From assembly GCF_018350175.1 (NCBI RefSeq), contig NC_058368.1, positions 152,336,001 through 152,400,000 on the forward strand: a stretch of DNA of 64,000 bases, read 5' to 3'. Of the stretch, positions 25,706-37,763 are shown in pieces. The notes beneath the pieces were generated by a model. That model worked only from the letters and a program-made list of their open reading frames with translations, was not told the DNA's origin and did not search any database. The number at the start of each line of letters is the position of its first letter. Positions within the stretch are counted from its first letter, which is position 1. Made by a program: the position numbers and the translations under genes. The DNA is from Felis catus (Eukaryota).

Positions 25706-27074
25706 TGACACAAAAACAGACATATAGACCAATCGAATGGAATAGAAACCCCAGAACTAGACCCATAAAACTATGGCCAACTAATCTTTGACAAAGCAGG
25801 AAAGAATATCCAATGGAAAAAAAGACAGTCTCTTTAACAAATGGTGCCGGGAGAACTGGACAGCAACATGCAGAAGAATGAAACTAGACCACTTTCTTAC
25901 ACCATTCACATAAACAAACTCAAAATGGATAAAGGACCTGAATGTGAGACAGGAAACCATCAAAATCCTAGAAGAGAAAGCAGGAAAAAACCTCTCTGAC
26001 CTCAGCCACAGCAATTTCTTACTTGACACATCTCCAAAGGCAAGGGAATTAAAAGCAAAAATGAACTATTGGGACCTCATGAAGATAAAAAGCTTCTGCA
26101 CAGCAAAGGAAACAATCAACAAAACTAAAAGGCAACGAACAGAATGGGAAAAGAAATTTGCAAATGACATATCAGACAAAGGGCTAGTATCCCAAATCTA
26201 TAAAGAGCTCACCAAACTCCACACCCAAAAAACAAATAACCCAGTGAAGAAATGGGCAGAAAACATGAATAGACACTTCTCTAAAGAAGACATCCAGATG
26301 GCCAACAGGCACATGAAAAGATGCCCAACGTCGCTCCTCATCAGGGAAATACAAATCAAAACCACACTCAGATATCACCTCATGCCAGTCAGAGTGGCTA
26401 CAATGAACAAATCAGGAAACTATAGATGCTGGCGAGGATGTGGAGAAACAGGAACCCTCTTGCACTGTTGGTGGGAATGCAAACTGGTGCAGCCACTCTG
26501 GAAAACAGTGTGGAGGTTCCTCAAAAAGTTAAAAATAGACCCACCAATAGCACTGCTAGGAATTTACCCAAGGGATAGAGGAGTGCTGATGCATAGCGGC
26601 ACTTGTATCCCAATGTTTATAGAAGCACTCTCAACAATAGCCAAATTATGGAAAGAGCCTAAATGTCCACCAACTGACAAATGGATAAAGAAATTGTGGT
26701 TTATATATACAATGGAATACTACATGGCAATGAGAAAGAATGAAATATGGCCTTTCGTAGCAACGTGAATGAAACTGGAGAGTGTTATGTTAAGTGAAAT
26801 AAGTCATACAGAGAAACACATATATCATATGTTTTCACTCTTATGTGGATCCTGAGAAACTTAACTGAAGTCTATGGGGAGGGGAAGAAAAAAAAAGACA
26901 TTAGAGAGGGAGAGAGCCAGACACAAGAGACTCTTAAAAACTGAGAACAAACTGAGGGTCGATTTGGAGTGGGAGGGAGGGGAGGGTGGGTGATGGGTAT
27001 TGAGGAGGGCACCTTTTGGGATGAGCACTGGTTGTTGTATGGAAACCAATTTGACAATAAATTTCATATTTAAA
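25706..27074 (+). mobile_element. Felid L1 (L1_Fc-like), 5'-truncated, about 1.37 kb
   Basis: ORF2 3' part, feline 3' UTR ending ggaaaccaatttgacaataaatttcatatt + A tail; 20-bp TSD aaaagattcttaaata(t/c)aga (25686-25705, 27075-27094). Confidence 0.95.
25944..26768 (+). pseudogene. Disabled L1 ORF2p C-terminal fragment
   Basis: Translation contains [13 protein letters not shown] and the cysteine-rich motif [18 protein letters not shown] (C-x3-C-x7-H-x4-C, 26427-26480); 5'-truncated; premature TGA at 26766-26768. Confidence 0.95.
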
Positions 27075-27867
27075 AAAAGATTCTTAAATACAGAGAGCAA
27101 ACTGAGGGTTTATGGAGGAGGAGGTTTAGAGGGGGCAGGGAAAATGGGAGATGAGCATTGAGGAGGGCAATTGTTGGGATGAGCCCTGGGTATGGTATAT
27201 AAGTGACGAATCACGGTAATCTACTTCCGAATCCAAGACTACATTGTATGCACTTATGTTAGCTAGGATGACAGCAAATTATTAAAAAACAAGAATTCTC
27301 AATTTCCCCCTTCCCTGGAAATCACCACTCTACTCTCTGCATCTATGAGTTTGGCCATTTTAAATTCCTCCTATAAGTAGAATCATTCAATATTTGTCAT
27401 TCTTTGACTGATTTACCTCACTCAGCATAATGTCTCCCAGATCTATCCATGTGATCACAAATGGTAGAATTTCCTCCTTTCTATAAAAGGCTGAACATTA
27501 TCCTATTGTACATATATGCCACATTTTCTTTATCTATTAACTCTTTAATGGATATTTGGATTATTTCCTTATTTGGGCTATTGTGAATAATGCCACAATG
27601 GACTTGGAAGTGCAGATATCTCTTTGAGATTTCAGTTATCTTGAATATATACCCATAAGTGGAATTCCCAACTCATATGGTAGTTCTATTTCTAATTTGG
27701 GGGGAACAACATTAAACTAAAAGTCTTAGGCACAGTAAAAGAAACAATCAACAACGGGAAAAAGCAATATATAAAACGGAAGAAAATATTTACAAACCAT
27801 TTATCTCATAAAGGGTAAATATCCAAAATATCCAAAATAATAGCAAAAACTCAACTCAATAGCAAAA

Positions 27868-27903
<36 letters not shown>

Positions 27904-27926
27904 GTATTAATAATAATAATAATAAA
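27868..27926. repeat. (TAA)n microsatellite
   Basis: Interrupted TAA run inside the L1 ORF2 relic. Confidence 0.95.
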
Positions 27927-28063
27927 TAGGTAACCTGATGAGAAATGGGCAAAAGACATGAATATACATTTTCAAAAGAAGACATATAAATGGCCAACAG
28001 GTATATGAAAAGGTGCTCAACATCAGTAATCATCAGGGAAATGCAAATAAAAACCACAGTAAA

Positions 28064-28255
28064 GGGCACCTGGGGAGCTCAGTCAGTTAAGCGTCCAGAC
28101 TTTAAGCATCATGATCTTAGCTCAGGTCATGATCTCATAGTTCCTGAGATCAAGCCCCATCTTGGGCTCTGTACTGACAGCACAGAGCCTGCTTGGGATT
28201 CTTCTCTTCCTCTTTCTCTGCCCCTCACCCCCCCTCAAAATAAATAAATTTTTTA
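28064..28255 (+). mobile_element. Older CanSINE inserted in L1
   Basis: gggcacctgggg head and gcctgcttgggatt body; degenerate TSD aaaaccacagtaaa/aaacccacaataaa. Confidence 0.9.
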
Positions 28256-28639
28256 AAAACCCACAATAAAATAACACTACGCTTGTAAGATGACTGTTAT
28301 CACAGACACACTAATAAAAGGTAGTAAGTGAACAAGTGTTGATGAGGTTGTAGAGAAATTGGAGCCCTTGTATACTGTCAGTGGGAAGGTAAAATAGTGT
28401 AGCCACTATGAAAATAGACCTATACCTGATACCATGAGCCTATAGTTTCTCTGTCACCACAAAAAGGAAAGGAGGAGCAGACTGGGTCAGAACTTAATCC
28501 TTTAAACTGCATTTTAGAATTTGTAAATAATTCCACTTCAATTTAGTCAGAAAACAACTCTGTCTACTGTTATCCCTTTTCCACAAAGAAATAAGAACAC
28601 TGTATTTTCATGATGGAGTCCATGTGGCTCATAAAGATA

Positions 28640-28875
28640 AACTGGTGTCAAAATCAATCTTCAGACAAAGATAACTATAAACAAAGGGCACAAGGGGTAG
28701 GGGTGGGAATGAGAGAAAACCTTGATTTATAGTATTTGTTGGTTCCACTGGTGTAAAGACTCCCATCATGGCAGAGCTCAAGCTTACCAATGTGATGTCA
28801 ACCAACTAGAAAATTCCTGAAAATATAACAATCAGCTCTGCTGAGCCAATACACAGGGATTTCACCACACCACTG
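28640..28875. mobile_element. MER63-like hAT-Blackjack MITE
   Basis: ccttgatttatagtatttg...ggtgtaaagactcccatcatggc...caagcttaccaa...cacaccactg. Confidence 0.65.
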
Positions 28876-30415
28876 TATATTAGTTTCCAGTTTATTTTAC
28901 CTAATTCCCTGTTGTATATGTTCTAAAAGCTTGATCCCATAGAAGTAATCCTTATCAACTCACGAATGCTAAAATATATTAAGATTATATGCCATGGGAA
29001 GACACGGCTTGACAGAGAAACTCCCCAATCAAGATTTATACTCTTTATTTAATGTGACTTGCCCCATTTCTAATCCCTCACAGGAAGCACATTAGCAATC
29101 TCGTTCTTAAAATAAATTTAACTTGGTCATTTTCATTTGGACATAGTAATGTGGTATCATAATGTGCCAAATGTTGTCAGATTTCAAGTCCTAGCTCTGA
29201 AGATCCAGGAATCTTGTAGCCCTGAGGGAAAAACCACAAGGTCCATGTAATCATTTATGGACTACTATTAATGAAGGTGATACTCCCCATCTAGCAGGGG
29301 CAATGCTATTCTTGCAGAAGAAAGTACAGGAATGACATTTCAGAATCTCTCATTAGGAATTACAAGGGGCAGAAAGATATTCTGTAACATAAATTACAAT
29401 AGAGATCAAGTATAAGACCCTATGAAATTTAGCATTAAATCGATAACCAGATGTTTCTTTATATAAATTTTGTGTTTTATATAATAAAAGAAAATATTTT
29501 CAACAATTTCTTTTTTGAAGTCAGTAAAGAAGTCCCATTCCCTTGGATCTTATGTAAGTTCAGCCCATTCTCACTAGGTACTAGAGGAACCCTAAGAAAA
29601 AAGGGAGATAGAGAAAGAAGGACATTTAACATTTATTAGTTTATGAGGTCTAATTGTAACTGGTCACTATATCCATCTTTTAGCATATTCTTTGAGTCTT
29701 CTTGGGAGGGGAATGAGAACTCAGGAGAGAAAGATGTTTCTTTTGTCATTTGTCCCCTGCCAAACACATCTAGTCATAGATACTAGGAGAGCATCACTCA
29801 CCTAGTAAAATAGGAAAGAAATATTGAGGGAGGAAACCACCTCCCAACTATAACTGAAACAGAGATGTGTTTGTTGCAGGCTAAGACACAGGCAAAAATC
29901 AGTCTATTAAACAAAGCAAAAACCTGATCTTGTATTGGGTTTGGGGGAAGCACAGAGTTCTGGGATTGGCTGAATTTTAAAAATGGGAATATATAGGTAC
30001 TAGCTGACCTTTACTGTTTTTAGTGATTGGCAGGCTTTCAGAGGCATGGATCGCAGAACAAGACTGCTGTTTGTTGAGGAAGGGTTTACAACCACTTTTG
30101 TGGTTCCTTGCTGACAACTGGGAATAGAACAAAGGACCAATCCTTCTTGTACCTCCTTGAATGAACTTAAAGAGTAAGAATGCTTTAGTCTCAGAAAAAA
30201 AAATCAGAATGGTGATTGTTACAGTCCAGTGTAGAATTTCCTCACAGATAATACTTTCTTATTATATAAGAAAATATATATGTTGTCTTAAGAAATTAAT
30301 TTTTATCTCATTAATAAACACTAAGTATTATTTATTAACATAATAATACATTGTATGTATGTAATCAATCATCAAATCTCTAATGATTCAAATATGTGAT
30401 TCAGTCTAGATTTAA

Positions 30416-30640
30416 AAAAATTTTTTTAATGTTTATTTATTTTTGAGAAAGAGAGAGAGAGAGAGAAATAGAGTGCGAGCAGGGGAGAGGCGAAGAGAGA
30501 AGGAGACAGAGAATCTGAAATAGGCCTCTGGCTCTGAGCTATCAGCACAGAGCCTGACACAGGGCTCAAACTCACAAACTGTGAGATCATGACTTGAGCC
30601 AAAGTCAGATGCTTAAACCACTGAGCCACCCAGGCGCCTC
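30416..30640 (-). mobile_element. CanSINE
   Basis: Full element; TSD agtctagatttaa/agtctagctttaa. Confidence 0.96.
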
Positions 30641-30775
30641 AAGTCTAGCTTTAATGCTGAGAGAATAAGCCTGATCTGAACAACCCAAATTAAAAATGTT
30701 AAACATGGATTACTGCATATACTTAGTTTGAGGACTTTCTGTCACATTTTCATCTACTTACAAAAATGGTGATTT

Positions 30776-30870
30776 GGGAGCTCCTGATGGCTCAGTAAGT
30801 AGAACATGTGACTCCTGATCTCAGGGTTGTGAGTCTAAGCCCACACCAGGCAGGGAGCCTACTTAAAACA
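30776..30870 (+). mobile_element. Short ancient tRNA(Lys)-like CanSINE lacking the CT tract
   Basis: ggctcagtaagtagaacatgtgactcctgatctcagggttgtgagtctaagccc...gagcctacttaaaa. Confidence 0.75.
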
Positions 30871-31532
30871 AGTATTTTTTTTTTAATGGAAATTTGGGAA
30901 TCAGGTAGATCAATTCAAAATTTGTCATTTACTAGATGTCTAACTGTAGAAAAGTTAGTCTCATTTTCTTCATTACAAATAAGGATAGTAATAGCTTACA
31001 ATATTGTGAAAAGCAATATATAAAAGATGTGCCTGCATTCATATACAATACACTGTCAAAATTGTAACCAGAAATGGAATGTGAGAAAAGTAAATGATAA
31101 TGTTCCATGTCACTGCATCTACAAGAGTTTTGCTAAATAATGAGAACAATAATAACAAAATTATAGAAATCCTGAATTATGCTTGGCAATATATTTCTAT
31201 CATTTTTGTATATGATTTTATCCTTATTTTCTCCCCAGGTTAGGTTGAGACAGAAGTTTTACCACTTTCAGGATGCCAATAATTTCCACCCGTGACTTAA
31301 TTGTACTTAATTGATGAGACACATTTATTAAGACTAGTAATAGCATTTTCATTTTTCTATTTCCATAATGCAGTCAGAAAAAAATATAATAAAATATTCA
31401 AATCATTGCACAAATTGCCAAAGGCAGCAATAGTGCCAAGTTCAAGTCACTGGGTAGGAGGCAACGCTGACAATGAAATACTCAAAATATCCTTTTATCA
31501 ACTCAGGTGTGGATGTTGCAATTTGTTGTGAA

Positions 31533-31730
31533 AGAGATGCTGCACTTATATAGTAACCATTACTACATGGGCTATTTAAATTTAAATTTAAAATAATTAA
31601 CATCAAATAACATTTTAAGTTCAATTTCTCACTAGCCATATTTCAAGAGATCAATAGCCCCATGTGGCTAATGGCTACCACATTGCACAGTGTAGAGAAA
31701 ATTTCAAAAATCACAGAAAATTCAGAGACT
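31533..31730. mobile_element. MER3-like hAT-Charlie MITE
   Basis: gctatttaaatttaaattt...cactagccatatttcaag...catgtggctaatggctaccacattg. Confidence 0.8.
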
Positions 31731-34700
31731 TTTCCTTGTATCATGTTTGAAAATGTAAATATTTTCTGAAGCCTGTCAATGCTTCACTCATTATATTTCA
31801 TCCTTTTCTATCCTCACAGCTTTACTTTCTGAGTTCAGGATCCCTATGAGTTAGCTACGGCAAAAATCTATAAATGGTTTCACGGTTTCTAGTCTCTTCT
31901 CCAGTTAATCCATCCCTATAAGCCAAAGTTGATTAATTTTTCTCAAGCGATGTTTTTTTTTTTTTTTCCCACCCAAAACTTTCAGGGTCTTCACCTTAGG
32001 ATAAATAGCACATATATGTGTACCAAGCAAAAGGGTAAGATACATAAGAATCTTTAATCAACTGGCTTTCTTCTGTCTCCTACAAAGGGATCCCAAAACC
32101 TAAGCCAGTCTTCTGTTCCATCACAAATGTCAGCTCATTGTTCCCTCATTATACTTTGCCCATTTCCACTTTTGCTCAAGTTATCTTTTTCTATTTGGAA
32201 ATAATTGTAGATTCTATCCTGCGTGCTTGAATGTACTGCCATCATCCTATCAAATCCAGTTGGTCTGATTTTATCCATACAGCTGAACTTGACCACTTCA
32301 CATCATAGCTATCTCTAATAACCCATGTTGGTGATCTTTCCTCTGTAATTCTGTCTCCACTGACTGTCATATTTGAGGATGTTCATCATAGCTGCTGTTC
32401 CTCGCATTCAAGGAATTTACAATCTGTTTTCTAGAGAGAATTATATATCTATAAACAGTAACCAAGACCTGTGGGAGTCTTTTTGGGTACCCCACAATGT
32501 CTACACCCATGTTTCATGAAGTTTAGTTTTTAAAATAATTGATTCAAATTTTATCTTGAAAAGGGAATGAAAAGGTAGAGAAAAATAATATTTCCTGGGC
32601 ATAAATCTGGATCCCCACAAATTATTAGTTTCATTTTATAGATGAGGTTCAGAGAAGTTATGTAAATTATTTGAGGTTATAGCTAAGATGGCAGATCAGA
32701 GATTTTAAAACAAATTCTAAAGCTCATGACCTTTTAACTAAAAGGAACCTCTCCTTCAAGAAAAGGCTTAGGCTTTTTCCTCCAGAGCTAGTACTTTGAA
32801 AAGTGCTCATGGCACACAATCAAAAGTTATCTCTATGATTTCTGTCTTCCTTTGTACTTTTAAATGTGATCAGAGCAGGAAATTCATGCCTGTCATTGAA
32901 TTAAAAGTCAAGCAGTCCCCATGATTTTCTAGTCTCTTCTTGGTAATAGAAACTCCTATGGTCACTTTAACCCTTCTCTCAGACATTACAGTATTTAATC
33001 CAATCTATTAATGAACGCTTCAAACTTCATTCACAGCTAAGACTCTTTCACTACTCTCCAGCTAAGGCTGGCAGCAGATGGGCCACCCGCCTTCAGGAAT
33101 TAGATGTGGTCCGTTTCTTCCCTCTTTCCCTCACTTTTTTTTATCTTTCTCCCATAATCAATAGCTGCTTGGTCTTGTTCTTAAAGGTTCAAATACGTGG
33201 TGAGAGGTGGGAGAGGAAAAAGACATAGAAAGGTTCTTATCAACTTTACTGTCATGGAGAGGTACCATGTTCTTCAGACCTCACAGAATCATTCTCTCAT
33301 AGGTGTTTTCAGAGATTGTTTGGAAACTGTCATGCTGGGCACCTGCAAATGTGATTCCCTTGACCAAGGCAGTGCCTCACCTATGACTGGTTGCTTCTAA
33401 ACCTCTTGTGGCTTCTGACCTGAGTGGCATACCCCTTAGCCACTGACTCTGGGACCTCCTCACCCTAATGCATCATCTTCTTTTGCAGAGTCCCATGGTT
33501 AATTGACTTCAGGCTAATGTTTTTACTGAATTTTCCTCATGGCTACAATTCATACACCTTTGGCCCCTTAACAGGCATATACAGAAACTTTCCTGACATG
33601 TTCCTTTTTCCTTAAAGGCTGCTTCAGCTTACTCAGGCATGAATCAGACTTCAGTCCTCTCTGTTCCTAACTTTAAAAAACACACAAGTAGTTCCCTGAG
33701 CTGAACTTCACTCACAAGACTCCAAACACTCATGTGTAGAGGCTGGGGAAACCTCCACAGCACTCAGAGTTCTCTCCAAAAGCTCCCTTCACAAAATCCT
33801 TCTCTCTCCCCTCTTTCTTGGTCCTCAACATAAGCTTCATAGTCATCTCTCTGATTCTCAGGTAAGGGGTCTCCCTCATAATTCATTCTTGAATGTAGCC
33901 TCCAACGTCTTCATGACTCAGCCAAAACTGAGAGAAGGGTCTCATTTTAACATCCTGTTACACATGTTAAGGTGTAATTATCTCAGCCAGAATAGCATCT
34001 CTGTTGTGGGTTATAGAGTGTATTGATCACAAAGTGGCAACTTATTTCTCTCTAATACCCATTTTCTATGTATCAACTCACCCTGCATCCTCTCAGTTCC
34101 CAACTATTGTTTCATGGCAACATAATTTTTTCATTGTTTTCATTACTCTACATATCATACTTAAATCTTCCAAGTACGTAATTATATTTTGTTTTCATTT
34201 TCATCTCAACTATCACGTGTGGCTTTATTCCTGTTTTCATCTTTCTCCTTTTACTTAATGTTCAGTGATATTCCTCATCTCCACACATTTTGAGTCAGAA
34301 AAAGCAAAAAGTAGATATTGTTTTCTCTGCCTCTGATTTCAGAGAAATTGCTAGTCTTATTGCAAGTAGTAATCTTCCCTCATCCAGTTGTCTTTCACAA
34401 ATAGAGCAAAGCAGAATCTGCTTCTAAGTTAAACAAAAAGCAGAAATCAGAATGTCAAATTATAATTGGCATATCCCAGACATAATCAATATTGCCTTTT
34501 GCAAGTTCCTCCCACAGTAAAAGCAAACCCTGGTTAGCGCTGGCCAAATCTTGAGTAATTTGGCTTCAAATTATTACCATACTTAATATCTCTGAATCAA
34601 CAGTGATGACTAAGATAAAGTGAACTATAAGAAATGATCAGTCGTCAGTGCAAAAACTTTTTCACTTTGTGCCAACTATTGCTGGTGCACCTGTTTTATG

Positions 34701-35999
34701 TTCAGAGTGGGAAGAAAATCAAGAAAGACATGGCCAATTTTGAAAGAGACACAATGTTTTCAATGTCTCAAAATAGCTCAAATACATGCATTGCTTCTAC
34801 TACTTATTCAAACTACAAGGCTGATTAAGCATATGTGTAAGGCAGCATGCAAATAAAAAAAATTACCTATTCACATCCCACCTTACTCTCCCAGGTTCCA
34901 GTTTCTTACCTAGGAATTAATACTGCACCAAGTAGAGACAGAGAGAAACCAGTAAGCCAGAGTTTTCAATGGGGTATACACAAAGAAGCAATTGAGAGGA
35001 ATTCCAGAATTTCTGATACTGTATTTGCTAAGGACTCTAGAAATTATCTACACCAGGGCCCGCTTTTCACAGGGAGAACTTAAATTGTGGTTAAAGTAGA
35101 TTGCACTGGTTCAGCTAACATGATAGCTCAATAAAGCCTCTGTGATCTAAATCCTAGAAAATTGAGAAGTGGACTTTATATTAACTAAAGTCAGATTTTT
35201 TTTCCCCAAGTTGTAATCCTAGAACCATGACAGGACTCACAGATTGGTGATAAGAATGTATTTTAAGGGAATTTTAAGTGAATAAACCAATATAATTTGC
35301 CTGGAGATCACACAGGGAAAGTGGAACTACGAAAAATCACGTTCTAGATTCATTCCTCCATCAGTTTTTGTGGGTGCCTCAATTCCTTCCCAGGTTCGGG
35401 ACAAAACATGGGCTTAGATACATAGCAGGTCTGAGACTCACATTTGTGCCGATCAGGTGTCGCCTGTGAATGAGGAGAGAGTATAGCCAACCATCAAGCA
35501 TAATGGATGAATACGCTGTACTGAGACCTAAGCGTGACTCAAAACCATAGACAAATCTCTTGGGGAAAAAAGATACCCAGGGTTTTCATACAAATAACTA
35601 CAAATTGAAAGCAAGTTCAAGATTCAGAGTGTGTACCCAAGAAATATGGGATAGGAAGTGATTAGAAATCCAGATGGATAAGGATGCATGTCCAAAGAAG
35701 ATTCTAAGCACCCACTAGCAGAATAGTGGAGAACATAATGATACGATGCTTCGTTGAAGGGTGAATATACATTATTTGTACAAATATTTTTCTATTTATC
35801 AAAAATGTCATTTCCTTTCATCTTCAAGGGAAAATTTGTTAATTAAGTGGATACAATGACATTTTAAATAATCCACCAACCCTTTCTAAAACTATTAGGC
35901 CACATTTTTTTGGCAATTGATCCATAATTGAATTTCAAATCAACTTAATACAATATAATGCAAAAATATGCTTCCTTTAACTCTCTGGGACAAGATAAC

Positions 36000-36225
36000 C
36001 AAGATATGATGATGAACAAAATATAAGATTCACCTTCACAGAATTCATAGTGTGACAGTGAAAATACCCAAGCAATTAAAAATGTGATGAGTGTTAGGAA
36101 ATGAATGTTGTGGGAGTACTACAAGAGGAATTCAGTCTAGTATACAGAATCAGAAAATGTCTCCTATATAAAGTGATATCTAACTGAGATTTGGAGACTG
36201 AGTATAAGTTTTCCAGATGAAAATT
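36000..36225 (-). mobile_element. L2 fragment
   Basis: gatgaacaaaa...ccttcacagaattcatag...tgttgtgggagtac...gtgatatctaactgaga. Confidence 0.6.
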
Positions 36226-36499
36226 TTAAAATGAATGGGGGTATTTTGGACTATCTTCATAACTAGAGAGGCTCAACTGGCATTCATAGGAATTAACTGC
36301 CCAACCAATCAACTAAATTGTGAGAAATAACATAGCGGTGTTGCTCTAAACAATTCAGTTTGCGGGTATTTTACTGTTTTGCTTTCACATGGCCTAGGCA
36401 GGTGCCAACAAAGCAAAAATGATCTTCTGATCATCTTGAGACACTACTGATTTCTTATGCTTTTGCAGACTAAAAACTATGGGTGCCCAAGATTGAATC

Positions 36500-37200
36500 A
36501 GGCATTTCAGTATTTTATTGCCATAGTGATGGAGGATGCTAATAGCATTTAGTGGATGGGGCCCAGGAATGCCAGACATCTTACACCACAAGAAATTAGT
36601 CAGCATCTCTTTTGACTTGAGAATATCATGCCAAATATTTAATTAGGTGAAAAACCTGAGTTTCCCACTTAAATTCCTTTTACATATAAACACAAAGTAT
36701 GCTTTGTACAGTCTTTAGGTCCACAATATTCAAGGAATGTAGCTACTATGGAAAGAGAGAGAAGACTGTATTTTATTTTGTTTGAAAGCATACTTATAGT
36801 TGTTCATCATTCTAGAAAATCACATCACTGAGAGCAATACTACTCATGGTATCTGGACTGCTAGTATAACACAACTGTGTCAGTTTGTATTTATATAATT
36901 AAATCCACAGCAATTCCTCAAATAGGAGCATACACCTGCCTGCTTCATTATGTCTTTCAGGGTCACTTTGCCAGAACATTTACATATGGAAATATATACT
37001 AATTTAATATTAATATTTTCATTTATTTTCCTCTATATAGAAATCTGGAATTTCAGAATTCTATATAGGAATCTGGAATTCCTCTGATAGTGTAGTGTTA
37101 TTGATTTTATATTATCTGTGGATTTTATTTCAGTAAAGTATAGGTGATATTGCCAAATAAATATTGTAAAAAGAGAACTTTGGTTCAAAGAGGACTAAGC
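36500..37200. mobile_element. MER20B-like hAT-Charlie element
   Basis: gatgctaatagcatttagtggatggggcccaggaatgccagacatc...aggtgaaaaacctg...ttacatataaacacaaagta...gaaaatcacatcactga. Confidence 0.6.
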
Positions 37201-37372
37201 TCTAAAGGAAAAATGTGTCCACCATGGCCCATCAAATTCTTGGAAGCATTTTTAAATGTTGGCATTTTAAAAGAAGGTATTATCTTTGCATCCAACTGAT
37301 CATTACCCCATTTTTAGACAATTCCTTTGGATTGAGATATGACTCAAATGTACAATGTTTATAGCCATTCTT

Positions 37373-37594
37373 TTTTTTTTAATTTTTTTTAAATGTTTAT
37401 TAATCTTTGAGACAGAGAGAGACAGAGAATGAACAGGGAAGGGGCAGAGAGAGAGGGAGACACAGAATCTGAAATGGGCTCCAGACTCTGAGCTGTCAGC
37501 ACAGAGCCCGACGCGGGGCTCGAACTCACAGACCGTGAGATCATGACCTGAGCCGAAGTCGGAGGCTTAACCAACTGAGCCACCCAGGCGCCCC
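37373..37594 (-). mobile_element. CanSINE (3' monomer of a dimer)
   Basis: Full-length with tail; its head abuts the truncated monomer. Confidence 0.96.
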
Positions 37595-37763
37595 AGCATG
37601 AACGGGGGAGGGTCAGAGAGAGAGGGAGACACAGAATCTGAAACAGGCTCCAGGCTCTGAGCTGTCAGCATAGAGCCCGACACGGGGCTCGAACTCAAGG
37701 ACCGCGAGATCATGACCTGGGCCGAAGTCGGCCACCCAACCGACTGAGCCACCCAGGCGCCCC
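37595..37763 (-). mobile_element. CanSINE (5' monomer of a dimer, tail-less)
   Basis: Runs from the head to ...CCCGTTCATGCT, then joins the second head; TSD tatagccattctt (37360-37372, 37764-37776) brackets both monomers. Confidence 0.96.

Larger units (their letters stand above)
25438..27287 (+). mobile_element. Carnivore L1 3' end (about 470 bp), split by a younger L1
   Basis: ORF2 end and 3' UTR at 25438-25705, continuing 27095-27287; TSD aacaagaa (25430-25437, 27288-27295). Confidence 0.85.
25078..28417 (-). mobile_element. Old L1 (L1MA9-like), 5'-inverted and interrupted by later inserts
   Basis: Minus-strand 3' UTR at 25078-25432, resuming 27296-27707; inverted plus-strand ORF2 segment 27708-28417. 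Confidence 0.8.

Noticed and set aside
25944..26768. 274-aa ORF as a functional gene
   Set aside because: It is a 5'-truncated L1 ORF2 lacking the EN/RT domains and a promoter, with a premature stop
30776..30870. Possible tRNA-Lys gene
   Set aside because: Degenerate B box and stems plus a SINE-type 3' extension; it is a tRNA-derived SINE
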